Below, one piece after another: positions 9,571 through 19,634 of a stretch of DNA of 64,000 bases. A model generated the notes under the pieces. That model ran no database searches. It had not been told where the DNA came from and saw only the letters and a program-made list of their open reading frames with translations. Made by a program: the position numbers and the translations under genes. The stretch's first letter is position 1; each line of letters starts with the position of its first letter. Origin of the DNA: Lysobacterales bacterium (GTDB taxonomy: Bacteria; Pseudomonadota; Gammaproteobacteria; Xanthomonadales; SZUA-5); contig JALHMH010000009.1 of NCBI GenBank assembly GCA_022844165.1, forward strand, positions 1-64,000, read 5' to 3'.

Positions 9571-9744
9571 GGAAAGCAGCGTGTATCCATCATGCTGGAT
9601 GGTTCGGTGATTGCTTTTTTCAAAGCGCAGGCCGGCGATCGTGGCTACCAAACACTGATCAACCAGGCACTTCACAACGCCATGCCCGGAGATCAGATCG
9701 AGGCAACCATCCGCCGCGCAATTCAAGAAGAACTGCGCGCGTAA
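9571..9744 (+). pseudogene. BrnA-family antitoxin fragment lacking its N-terminus and cognate BrnT toxin
   Basis: Not in the ORF track. Reads GKQRVSIMLDGSVIAFFKAQAGDRGYQTLINQAL...IQEELRA*. There is an in-frame stop at 9532 and no start codon before the motif. Confidence 0.75.
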
Positions 9745-9800
9745 GCTCGCACCGTCTAGACGTCACGGTCTGGATCCAGGCCACGCCGCGGTCGTTGCCA

Positions 9801-10208
9801 TCATGCCGCCCAATTTTCGAGTTTCAGATCAGGCACGCGGGCGAACTCGCGCGCGTTGTTGGTCACCAGGATCAAGTCGGCAGCTCGCGCATGCGCAGCG
9901 ATCCAAAGGTCGTTGTTGCCGATAGGAGTACCCGCACGTTCTAAATGCGCGCGGATATCGCCGTAGTGCGCAGCTGCGTCAACCGGCAGCTCCATTGCAT
10001 CAGCGATTTGCTGGAGCGCTTCCAGCCGCAGCAGCGCATCGTCGCGCCTTTGGCTCTTGCTGATGCCAAACAGAAGCTCGCCCAGCACAATCACAGAGAT
10101 ACAGACTTTGCCCGTTCCCTGGCGGTCAAGCTTGCGGGTAACCAATGGGTGCCGACCGGAAACCGCATACACGCACATATTGGTGTCGAGCAGATAACGC
10201 AGGCTCAT
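9801..10208 (-). CDS. vapC: VapC PIN-domain toxin
   Basis: YLLDTNMC, GTPIGNNDLWIAAHA and LVTNNAREFARV motifs. Confidence 0.93.
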   Translation of the reverse strand: MSLRYLLDTNMCVYAVSGRHPLVTRKLDRQGTGKVCISVIVLGELLFGISKSQRRDDALLRLEALQQIADAMELPVDAAAHYGDIRAHLERAGTPIGNNDLWIAAHARAADLILVTNNAREFARVPDLKLENWAA

Positions 10209-10432
10209 CAAAGAGCCTCCCGTTCCTGTGGGGGCGTGTCGTTTGTTTCGACAAAGTCATCAGGCCAGGGCGGCAGGTTTTCGAGTAGTCGACTCAAGCT
10301 CCGCGCCTTCTCGCGCAGTACCACTTCATTGCCGCGGCGATATATCTCAACTTCGCTCGCGTTGAAACGAAACTCTCTAGGCAGACGAACCGCCTGGCTG
10401 TTACCAGACTGGAATACCTTTGCAGTGGTCAC
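10208..10432 (-). CDS. vapB: VapB (AbrB/MazE-fold) antitoxin
   Basis: TAKVFQSGNSQAVRLPREFRF. GTG start. TGATG coupling to vapC. Confidence 0.92.
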   Translation of the reverse strand: MTTAKVFQSGNSQAVRLPREFRFNASEVEIYRRGNEVVLREKARSLSRLLENLPPWPDDFVETNDTPPQEREAL

Positions 10433-10446
10433 GACGCTTCTTCCAA

Positions 10447-10468
10447 GTGTATACACAAAATATATACT
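10447..10468 (-). promoter_or_regulatory. vapBC operator palindromes
   Basis: Perfect palindrome GTGTATACAC plus adjacent ATATATAC just upstream of vapB. Confidence 0.55.
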
Positions 10469-10674
10469 CCGATGAGGCCTGCTTCGCAATCCTCATTCGC
10501 CTTTCGACCAGCGGCGAACCATCGATCTTGATGGCCCGTCATCCTGTCTACAACACAACCTGCGCACAACATACGCTTGCGCATAGTGTGTTTGTTCTAT
10601 CCACCCGCCCATACCTTTATCGCCAACGCGGCGCTCGCCGCGATGTTTCCCTAAGCCTAAACTGGAGAATCACC

Positions 10675-11088
10675 ATGGCGACGAAGAAAGTGACGAAGAA
10701 ATCCGTGCGCACCGCGCCGGTTGCCACCCACCCGGCACGCGACGTGTTGCTCGCCTCGATCGGCGCCGTGTCGCTGGGCGGCAAGGAAGCACAGAAGCTG
10801 GTCGGCGGTTTGATCGAAGACAGTCAACAGTTCGGTCAGCGTACTTTGAAGCTGGTGGAAGGTCGCGTCAACGGTGTTCGCGAGCAAGTGCTTGGCGTCG
10901 TCAGCAAAGTGCAGGACACGGCGCAGCAGAACCTCGCGCAGGTCGAATCTGTTGCACAAACGCAAGTTTCGAAAGTGCTCGCGCGCCTGGGCATTCCCAG
11001 CAAGAGCGATGTGGCGCAACTGTCGCGTCGCGTCAGCGAACTGAGCCGCCAGGTCAAGGCGATGCAGGGTGCACGCAAGGCTGCATGA
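10675..11088 (+). CDS. Phasin / PHA granule-associated protein (PhaI/PhaF family)
   Basis: ARDVLLASIGAVS and KVLARLGIPSKSDVAQLSRRV motifs. GGAG RBS. Confidence 0.85.
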   Translation: MATKKVTKKSVRTAPVATHPARDVLLASIGAVSLGGKEAQKLVGGLIEDSQQFGQRTLKLVEGRVNGVREQVLGVVSKVQDTAQQNLAQVESVAQTQVSKVLARLGIPSKSDVAQLSRRVSELSRQVKAMQGARKAA

Positions 11089-11188
11089 TGACAAGTCGGC
11101 CGGTCGTCGGCCGACAGTCTTCAGCGAAGAAGTCCCGCAGTATGGGATCAACTCGCAACTGAGAGCGACGGCGCACGAGCGCCGTCGT

Positions 11189-11845
11189 TCACATCGGCGG
11201 ATTCAAATACTGATCGGCCAGCTTGTTCAGATGTGCCCGCTCCGCCGCTTTCAGGTACGGCGCGAGCAACACCATCACTTGATAAATGCCGCGGCCGATG
11301 TCGACGTCCTGTTTGCTACCCGTCACCGGCTTGATCTGCTGAAAGTTCAGCCAGAACGTCGTCAGAACGACGATGTTTTGCGCGACCGCCTCGATTTCCC
11401 GCTGACTCGCCAACATCGCGCCGGACTTGACGAGCTCAGTACACACCTGCGAAATGCTTTCGTGAGCGCGCTTTAGAATCCGCGAAAAGTGCATCTTGAG
11501 CTTACGGCTACGCGTCAGCAAATCGACCAGATCGCGGTAGACAAAGCGGTAGTCCCAAATACACTCGAAGACCAGATGCATCTGCAGCCAGATGTCTTCC
11601 AGATTCGGCGTGCGCCCTTCCGGCACCAGCAGCGCCTCCCCGATGCGCTCCTCGAAGCGTGCGAACAGCTGCTCGATGATGTCGTCTTTGTTGCGGAAGT
11701 GGTAATACAAGTTGCCCGGGCTGATTTCCAGCTCATCGGCGATATGGTTGGTCGTGACGTTCGGCTCGCCTTGCGTATTGAACATCGCCAGACTCTTGGC
11801 GAGGATTCGATCGCGCGTTTTCAGTGGCGCACTTTCCTGGCTCAC
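11189..11845 (-). CDS. TetR-family regulator, PhaD-like
   Basis: KTRDRIL...GEPNVTTNHIADELEISPGNLYYHFRNK. Adjacent to the phasin gene. Confidence 0.88.
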   Translation of the reverse strand: MSQESAPLKTRDRILAKSLAMFNTQGEPNVTTNHIADELEISPGNLYYHFRNKDDIIEQLFARFEERIGEALLVPEGRTPNLEDIWLQMHLVFECIWDYRFVYRDLVDLLTRSRKLKMHFSRILKRAHESISQVCTELVKSGAMLASQREIEAVAQNIVVLTTFWLNFQQIKPVTGSKQDVDIGRGIYQVMVLLAPYLKAAERAHLNKLADQYLNPPM

Positions 11846-11955
11846 GGTGTACCGCTCCCCGGTTGCGAGTGACAAAACCCGCTCCCCTATTGACTATCTA
11901 CGATTCACTTCAGGCGCACTCGCCGAAGCTCGACGAGCCCGGCTCAGCGTTGACG

Positions 11956-12219
11956 CTAGAACTTCCCGCCCAACCGTTTGACCAGATCGATGTACTTTTT
12001 CATCGCCTCGTCGCTCGTCAGTCCCTTCAGTTTCTCCCAGGCCTCGTACTTGGCTGTACCGACAAAGTCAAAGAACCCCGGCTTGGGGCCCGATACATCG
12101 CCCTCCGTCGCCTGCTTGAAGTGGCCGTAGAGTTTGAGCATCGTATCGTTGTCCGGGCGCTCCGGCAGCTGTTTGGCCGCTTCGGTTGCGGCATCGAATT
12201 GGGCTTTGAGATCGGACAT
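11956..12219 (-). CDS. Acyl-CoA-binding protein
   Basis: PDNDTMLKLYGHFKQATEGD...AKYEAW. GAGG RBS. Confidence 0.92.
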   Translation of the reverse strand: MSDLKAQFDAATEAAKQLPERPDNDTMLKLYGHFKQATEGDVSGPKPGFFDFVGTAKYEAWEKLKGLTSDEAMKKYIDLVKRLGGKF

Positions 12220-12465
12220 GGCTTCCTCCGGCAAATAATCGATCGCACAAGTGCGCCGACTATTCAGCGCCGCGCGGATTTGCGCAAGACGTTCCGACGT
12301 TGCGAATCGCCAATGCGGAGTAAAAGCGTGGATCCGCGACCTGCGATTGCCACCCCGCGGCACGTTGGCGCGCCGCCATAGTCCGTGCGCCGGATTGATG
12401 CCGCAGGTTGGCAGGGTTACGCCGCCGTCACGCGCCGTCGGCAGACCGCGACGTTCGCCAATTGC

Positions 12466-15400
12466 TCAATCGACTTCGTCGAACCCAGAGCGGAACATGG
12501 CGTCCGCGCGCACATCGACGCTCACCTCGGTGTCGGCCGGCAAGAATCGCGTGTCGCCTGCATATTGCAGCGCAAAGGTCCGCAGGCCGGAGGTTTGCAC
12601 GATCAGATCGCAACTGAGCGCGGGCAAGGTCAGAACACAAACTTCCACGCCTGGCATGCCGGTCACAGTGATGCTGCCGGTGGGCACGCCGGAGCCCGGC
12701 GCGATCACGTTGACGCTCACAGGAAAGCGCATCGGTGCGAACTGTCGCGGCAGATTGCCATCGTTGGCTGTCGGTGTGTCGGGCGATAGCATGGTGCCGG
12801 CACGGCCCACCTGGTGGGCCGTGCTCGCGGTACTCTGCAGGTGTGTGCTGCTACCGGTAAAATCGGCGCGCAGCGTGATTTCGCCAGCGTTGGTGGGAAT
12901 CAGGTTGCAGTTCCCAATAGCGCCTCCGATCTGGCACGTCGCGCCAGCGCTATCGCTGATGACAATAGGACCGGCGGGAGTACCAACGCTGCTCGAAAGC
13001 TGCGCGGCGACGTTGACCGCCTGGCCGAAGACACTCGGATCGGGCGTATCGCTCAGGATTTGCAAGGTGCTCGCCACGGCGTTGACTTGATGCGGTTCGG
13101 TATCGCTGCTGGCCAGGAAGTTGGCGGTTTGAACGTAGCTCGCAGTTAGCGTCAACGCGCCGCCGGCACCCGGCGTGAGCACGCAGCTGCCATTGCCGCC
13201 CGCGCCGACGGCACTGCTGCACTGGCCACCCACACCGTCGCTGACGACGACGTTGCCGCTGCCCTCCGTGGCTTGCGCGCTCAGGACCTGAAAGGCAACA
13301 GTGATCGCGTCACCAAAGGTCGATGGATCCGGCGTATCGCTCTGAATGCTGAGCGTCGTCGGTACACGATCAACGACGTGAGCTGTGGTTGCTGCGCTGC
13401 TGGTGAATCCGGGCGCGCCCGGATAACTGGCGGCCAGCGTGATCGCGCCGGCGCCGCCGGGCGTCAACTGGCAACTGCCGCTGCCGGCGCTCAGCGTCGC
13501 ATGACAGTTGCCACCATTGGAGGCGGCGATGCTCACCGTGCCAACTGGCGTGGCAATGAAGCCCGAAACGCTGACATTGACGGTTATGGCCTGCCCGAAC
13601 ACCGAAGGGTTCGGTGTTGCACTGATGTTAGTGGTGGTCGCATCCGCGATCTGCACGTGCTGCGCAAACTCGCTGGTGTCCTCGAAGGCACCCTGAATGC
13701 GCCCTGCGGTCGCCGTCAAATGGCTGAGAAAAGTTGCCGGCAGCAACGGCGTTGAACCGCTGAAATTGCCGCTGGCGTCGGTCGAAACGGTTTGACTCAC
13801 CAACGCGGGATCGTCGCATTCGCCATGGCCGCTGGGATCAGGCGTCGCCACAAAACAGTAGCGCAAGCGGTACTGCTGGTTTGGCAGCGAATTCAGGCTG
13901 ACGTCCGCGGTCACACCACTGGCCGAGCGGCGCACGTTGCTGAGCACCGGAAAGTTCTGACCATTGTTGCCGCCGATGTCGCCGTCGCCGGGATCGTTGG
14001 GTGTGACGCCGTCGCCGAATACACTGGAGCCCAGGTTCAAATCGACCGCCAGTTCATCATTGCTGCGTATTCGGTTATCGATCAACGTCGTCAACGTGCC
14101 ACCGGTGATGGTCACACCATCGCGGCCATTGTGCGCAATCAGATTGCCGACAATCGTCGCGGTTGCAGAATCGACCGCAACGCCGTGGCGCGCGTTGCTC
14201 ACCGGCGTCGTGCCATCCGCGCCAACGCCGATGCGGTTGTTTTCGATGGCGACATTGCCGACGGCGATCACGCGGATACCGTTCACCAGACCGCCGATCA
14301 CATTGCTGCGGATCGTCGTGAATTGCCGCGCCACCTCAATGCCGATTGGAATCTGCGAGGCACCGTTGTCGACCGGGGTTACGAGGCGCGCCAAACCGCT
14401 GGCGGTCACGCCGATCAGATTACCTTCGACTCGTGCCGCTCCCGGATTGCCAAAATTGCGCACGGCGATGCAACTCATGGCATTGAACTGTTGCGGACAG
14501 GAAATGACGTTGCGCGCAGCCAGTGTCGCGCCGCCGATGCGACACGGGCCATCGCAGACGACTTGCGCGCCGTTTTGCGCTGTCGACGCGATGCTGCTGC
14601 CATCGACACTGACACCAATGAAGTTGCCTTCGAGCGCGCCGCCGGCAATCGAGATCAGACCGCTCGGACCGCGCAGAACCAGGCCGCGGACCAGCGTGTC
14701 GTCATTGCGCAACCCGATCTTGACGTTGAGCAAGTCGATCTTGAGCTGCGCATTGCTGCCGATGCTCGCCGTATTCGCCAGCGCGCCGGATTGCGTGTAA
14801 CCGTCGATCTCCAGTTTGCCGGTCAACACCGGCACCGACAACACGCCAAGCCCGATCGTATGCGGCCCGGCGCCTGGAATATTGAAAACCACACGATCCC
14901 GCGTGGCCCCATCCGGACGCGCCTCCGACTCCAACAACGCGCGGAACAGAGAACCAGGGCCGCTGCTATTGGTGTTGGTGACCACAAAATCGCCGCTGGT
15001 TTGTGTGTACACGGCGCGCGCTTCGCCGTACTCGCTGGTTTCGATACCGATGCCGCTGCTGTCGAGCCGCGTCGCGGTGCCGACCACCGCGCCCAAATCA
15101 CCACTGCCGTCGAATTCGACAGGCACCGGTCCGAAACTCGCCACACCGCCGGCATCCGTCGTCACTGTGATCGTCCCGGTCGAAATGCGTTCGCCGTTGG
15201 CCAGCGCAAACGCGCTCGATGCAGCTCGCGTGATCTCTGGCGAGGCAAAAAAACTCCAGCGCAAAACTGGTGCCTGGCGTCGAGCGCAACTGGCCGGCCA
15301 TCAGCACCTGATCGTCGTCGATACGGCGCGACTCGGAGATCGTTGGGTAGTTCTGCAGATTGTTGGCGCCGGTGTCGGCGTCGGTTTCGTCGTTAAAGGT

Positions 15401-16402
15401 GAAACCATTGTTGTTCAGATCGAAGGGCACCGCCGTGCCGCCGACGATGCGATTACTGCGCAACACAATGCCGGTCAGGGTCGAGGCCACTGGCAACGGC
15501 GAGCTGGCGAAGTTGGCGAAGGTGTTAAAGGAAAAGGACTGATTGCTGAATGTGGAAAGCCGTTCCGTGGTGCAACCGGGATTGCCGATGCCATCGGTGG
15601 TCGTGCCAAAGCGGTTTTGTTCGAACACTCTGCCGAAACTTTGCAGTGCGATGCCCCCGGTGCAGCTGATGGTGTTGGCGATGACGCTTTGCGTGCTCAA
15701 ATTGCCGATGGAGACGATCGCGAAGTCCACGGCGGCCGGTGTGACGCCATCCGGCAGCAGGCCGAAGATGTTGTTGCGTACTGTGTTGATACCAGTCGCC
15801 GCAGACTCGAAACGCAGCGCGGTACTTGCAGCAACAAAAACGTTGCGATCCGCATTGGCAGCGCCGCCGACGGTGTGGGTCGAGGACGAGTTGACCGTCA
15901 AGCTGCGCGAGTGAGCGACGGTCGTGGTGCCGTCAGGCTCCACGCCGAACCAGTTGCCCGCCACGGTGCCGCCGTCTGTCACATTCAGGCCAAAATTGCC
16001 TGGCGGGCCGATGATCGATAGCCCACGGACCGACCCACCCGTGACCGTGAGAATGGTCTGCGTCAGCGTGCGACCATCGACGATGATCTTGAGCACGGCA
16101 TTGCTGGCATGCGCATGGGTGTTGGCCTGCGCGCCGGGCTGCGTATAGCCATCAATCGTAACAAGGTTGATCGTACCTAGAGCGCTGCCGAGCGTGATCC
16201 GATGGGGTCCGACGCCCGGGATGTTAAAGGCAACGGTGTCGGCACCGGCGGCGTTGTTGGCGGCCGTCAGCGCCTGCCGTAAGGTACAGACGGCCGCACA
16301 GGATGCCCCGGCGGTATCCGCCGTCGAGGTCACCGTGAACGTAGCGGCATGGCCGAACGACGTTACAAGCAGCAACAACCACCCAGCAACACTGCGCGCC
16401 AT
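12466..16402 (-). pseudogene. Large secreted surface protein (CSLREA-type N-terminus, two beta-helix modules, ~4 Ig-like repeats, C-terminal FxxGFD motif), split by a +1 frameshift at T7 (15247-15253)
   Basis: ORFs 15098-16435 and 12466-15264 join into ~1311 aa if one T is removed (LEFF|ASPE). Signal peptide, CTLRQAL motif, duplicated FNIPGxGPHxI and GxNNxQNxP, repeated SDTPDPSxFG. Confidence 0.85.
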
Positions 16403-16461
16403 GACGCCATCTCCCCGCCGTTTGCGATGTTGCAAACGCTAGTGCCAGCCGGGTGGCGCGA

Positions 16462-16499
16462 TTTGACGCCAGGCTGCAAAGGTTTGACGTCAGGTTGCA
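16462..16499. promoter_or_regulatory. 17-bp direct repeat with 21-bp period upstream of the adhesin gene
   Basis: TTTGACGCCAGGCTGCA (16462-16478) and TTTGACGTCAGGTTGCA (16483-16499), 15/17 identical. Confidence 0.55.
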
Positions 16500-16576
16500 G
16501 TCCAGCACCGGGCAAGCCTAACAGGACGCCGCAACCGTGTAGCCTAATCGCTGCCGCCCTAGGACAACTCGCATCC

Positions 16577-18673
16577 ATGCTGTTTTTCGCCACCTGCGCC
16601 CGCGGTTTGGAACCGATCGTCGCCAAGGAACTCGCGGCCTTGGGCGCCAGCGAGGTGCGTGAGACGGTGGCAGGCGTGCGCTGCGAGGGCGATCTGGACA
16701 CACTGTATCGTGTCGGCTACTGCATCCGCACGGCGAGTCGCTGGCTGCTGAATCTGACCGAGAGCGACATCGCCGATGCCGATGCGCTCTACGATCTGGC
16801 GCGTGGCGTGCCGTGGCACGAGCACTTCGGCGCTGAGGACCGCTTCGCGATCCATGTGGCCGGGCAATCGGTTGCTATCAATGATTCGCGATTCGCGATG
16901 CTGCGCGTCAAGGACGCCATCGCCGATGCGTTTCGTGAGCGCGATGGGCGACGGCCGTTCGTCGATGCCGAGAGCCCGGATGCGTCGATTCATGTCGCGC
17001 TGAAGGGTCGTCGCGCGACGATTTCGCTGGATCTCATCGGCGGCTCGCTGCATGAACGCGGCTGGCGTACTCAGGGCCACGAGGCGCCGATCAAGGAAAC
17101 GCTCGCCGCTGGCCTGCTGTTGCGGGCTGGCTGGCCGTTCGCGGTCGATTGGATCGCCGATCCGTTCTGCGGCTCTGGCACACTGTTGATCGAAGCGCTG
17201 CAGATCGCGGCGCGTGTGCCCGCGCAACGGATGCGCGAGCAGTTCGCGTGGACGCGTTGGCGCGGCCATGATGCGATCCAATGGGCGACGGTGCGCAACA
17301 GCAGCGATGCCGCGATCGATCACTCCGCATTGCCGCGCGCACTGGGCAGCGATAGCGACGCTGGCGCCATCCGCATCGCCAGAAGCCAGGCCGCATTGGC
17401 CGGCCTCGGGCCGCATTGCGAGTGGCAGCGCAGCGATGCGCGTGCGTTCGCGCCGCCGCCGGGCAACGGATTTGTCGTCGGCAATCTTCCGTATGGCGAA
17501 CGCCTCGGGGATGAGCGCCAGTGGCTGAGCCTGCATCGTGAGTTCGGCGCGGCACTGAAGGCACGCGCAGTCGGTGCACGTTTTGCGTTGCTCACGGGTA
17601 GCGATACCCTGGCACGCGCTACGGAGCTGCGCGCGCAGAAAGTCATCTCGTTGCACAACGGCGCCATAGAATGCGCGCTGATCACAGGGCAGGTGCAAGC
17701 GCCGCGTACCATCGAAGGACCACCGAAGTTCAAACGCGCCGGCGCCGAGATGGTGTACAACCGCATCCTCAAGAATCGCCGACGCTTAAAACCCTATCTC
17801 GAACGCCATCACATCGAGTGCTACCGGATTTACGACGCCGACATCCCCGAGTACGCAGCCGCGATCGATGTCTACGCAGATCGGGTACATATCCAGGAAT
17901 ATCAGGCACCTTCCGAGATTCCAGCGGACAAAACCGCCGAGCGCTTCGACGACATCGTGATCGCCGCGCGTCGCGCGCTCGATGTGCCGCGTGAGCGGCT
18001 GTACTTGAAGCAACGCCGACCGCAAACGCCGGGCGAGCAGTATCAGCGTCAGGCGCATACCAGCGATTTTTTCACCGTGCGCGAAAATGGTGCGCTGTTC
18101 GAGGTCAACCTGGCCGACTATCTCGACACCGGTTTGTTTCTGGATGGCCGCCAGATTCGTAGTTGGATCGGCGAAACGACGCGCGATGCGCATGTACTGA
18201 ATTTGTTCTGTTACACCGCCACTGCAAGCGTGGCGGCTGCGCTCGGCGGTGCGCGCAGCTCGGTCAGCGTCGATCTATCGCCAACCTACACTGCCTGGGC
18301 CGAGCGCAACTTTCGCTTGAACGGATTGACCGCCGAACATCGCATCGTCACCGCCGATGCTGTCGAGTGGCTCAAGACTCGCAGCGAGCGTTTCGATTTC
18401 ATCTACCTCGATCCGCCCAGCTTTTCCAACAGCAAACGCACGCGCACCGTGCTCGACGTACAGCGCGACCATGTCGAGTTACTGCGCTCCGCACTGGACC
18501 ATCTAAAACCCGGCGGCCGGCTGCTGTTCGTCTGCAATTTGCGGCGCTTCAAGTTAAGCGACGAGGTCAGCGCATTCGCACAGATCAATGACGTTACCGA
18601 GGCCAGCATTCCACCTGACTTCGCGCGCGACGCGCGCATCCATCGGGCGTACTGGCTCAAGCTGCCCGAGTAG
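16577..18673 (+). CDS. rlmL: Bifunctional 23S rRNA methyltransferase RlmKL
   Basis: FFATCARGLE, THUMP region, SLHERGWR, DPFCGSGT, YLDTGLFLD, VLNLFCYT and DPPSFSNSK motifs. Confidence 0.93.
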   Translation: MLFFATCARGLEPIVAKELAALGASEVRETVAGVRCEGDLDTLYRVGYCIRTASRWLLNLTESDIADADALYDLARGVPWHEHFGAEDRFAIHVAGQSVAINDSRFAMLRVKDAIADAFRERDGRRPFVDAESPDASIHVALKGRRATISLDLIGGSLHERGWRTQGHEAPIKETLAAGLLLRAGWPFAVDWIADPFCGSGTLLIEALQIAARVPAQRMREQFAWTRWRGHDAIQWATVRNSSDAAIDHSALPRALGSDSDAGAIRIARSQAALAGLGPHCEWQRSDARAFAPPPGNGFVVGNLPYGERLGDERQWLSLHREFGAALKARAVGARFALLTGSDTLARATELRAQKVISLHNGAIECALITGQVQAPRTIEGPPKFKRAGAEMVYNRILKNRRRLKPYLERHHIECYRIYDADIPEYAAAIDVYADRVHIQEYQAPSEIPADKTAERFDDIVIAARRALDVPRERLYLKQRRPQTPGEQYQRQAHTSDFFTVRENGALFEVNLADYLDTGLFLDGRQIRSWIGETTRDAHVLNLFCYTATASVAAALGGARSSVSVDLSPTYTAWAERNFRLNGLTAEHRIVTADAVEWLKTRSERFDFIYLDPPSFSNSKRTRTVLDVQRDHVELLRSALDHLKPGGRLLFVCNLRRFKLSDEVSAFAQINDVTEASIPPDFARDARIHRAYWLKLPE

Positions 18674-18695
18674 CGTGGTGACCACTGCGCAAACT

Positions 18696-18900
18696 TCAGT
18701 CCCACCAGAAATACCAGACCTTGGCTTTCAGCAGCCTCGCAGCCAGATCGCCAACGGAGCCGGCACCTTGATGGACAGCATCTGGGCAGTACGCATAGGT
18801 CTCGAGGCCAATGCGTGGGCATCGTCCCAGGTTTGTGTCGACCGAATGACTTCGCACTCAAGGGTATCGCCGCTCATGAGACACTGTTCGAGCCGTAACG
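18696..18900 (-). pseudogene. Frameshifted DUF4253-like gene remnant
   Basis: Pieces in different frames: QRYG, SGDTLECEVIRS...AHALA, and ETYAYCPDAVHQGAGSVGDLAARLLKAKVWYFWWD*, which is the characteristic CPD...QG...WxFWWD terminus. Confidence 0.65.
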
Positions 18901-18972
18901 CTGACTGAGTTCTACGCTATCCGCAAGCAGGCCGAGTTCCGTACGATCCCCCTCCACGATTGCGCACCTGTT

Positions 18973-19362
18973 TCACGGCGCTAACCCGATCTGACGAACA
19001 CCAGCGCGGCGCCCGCTGGCGAGCAATACGGCGACGTCCTCAAAACGCACATCCTCGGCGGCGAACAACTGCACCGTGGGTTGCGAATTGCCCATCGCCG
19101 CCCAGGCAGAAAACTCCGCGTTTAGTGCGCGCAGCCCGACTGGCTGATCGTCGAGGCGATACTGCGGTTGACCATCGACCACACTCACTTCAATGAGTTT
19201 TCGGACTGTTTGAGCTGCGGGGCCATCGCTCGGCGTCGGCAACGGAATCCGGTGCGTCATCACCGGCGCGGCGATCATGAAAATGATCAGCAACACGAGC
19301 ATCACATCGATCAGCGGCGTCGTGTTGAGGTCGGTCATCGGCGGGGTGAAGTCTCTGGCCAT
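18973..19362 (-). CDS. exbD: ExbD/TolR family protein (no adjacent exbB)
   Basis: DLNTTPLIDVMLVLLIIFMIAAP signature. AGGAG RBS. Confidence 0.88.
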   Translation of the reverse strand: MARDFTPPMTDLNTTPLIDVMLVLLIIFMIAAPVMTHRIPLPTPSDGPAAQTVRKLIEVSVVDGQPQYRLDDQPVGLRALNAEFSAWAAMGNSQPTVQLFAAEDVRFEDVAVLLASGRRAGVRQIGLAP

Positions 19363-19634
19363 GTCGTCTCTCCTGTGCTGATTCACACGCTTAAGCTATG
19401 GCGAAGTTTGGCGCGAGGCGAGAACCTTCAATACGTGTTAATGCTCTGGCCATTTCGGGCCGCCAAGGATGCCGAACCCGCTGCCTGATGATCGCGGTGC
19501 CATGCGTCGCAGTTACGGTGGAACGGCGTCGCACGCGTCCCGACCCATGGATCGGAACGCTCGCGCTGTGTTCTGTCACGTCCGATGGCCAAGCGAGCGG
19601 CGCGAAACCAGGCCGTCTCGCGGCGCCATCGGCC

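Noticed and set aside
13792-16021. Long plus-strand ORFs (534, 401, 278 aa)
   Set aside because: Antisense shadows of the high-GC adhesin gene. The same applies to the many long antisense ORFs over leuA, leuC, era, purA and the protease.
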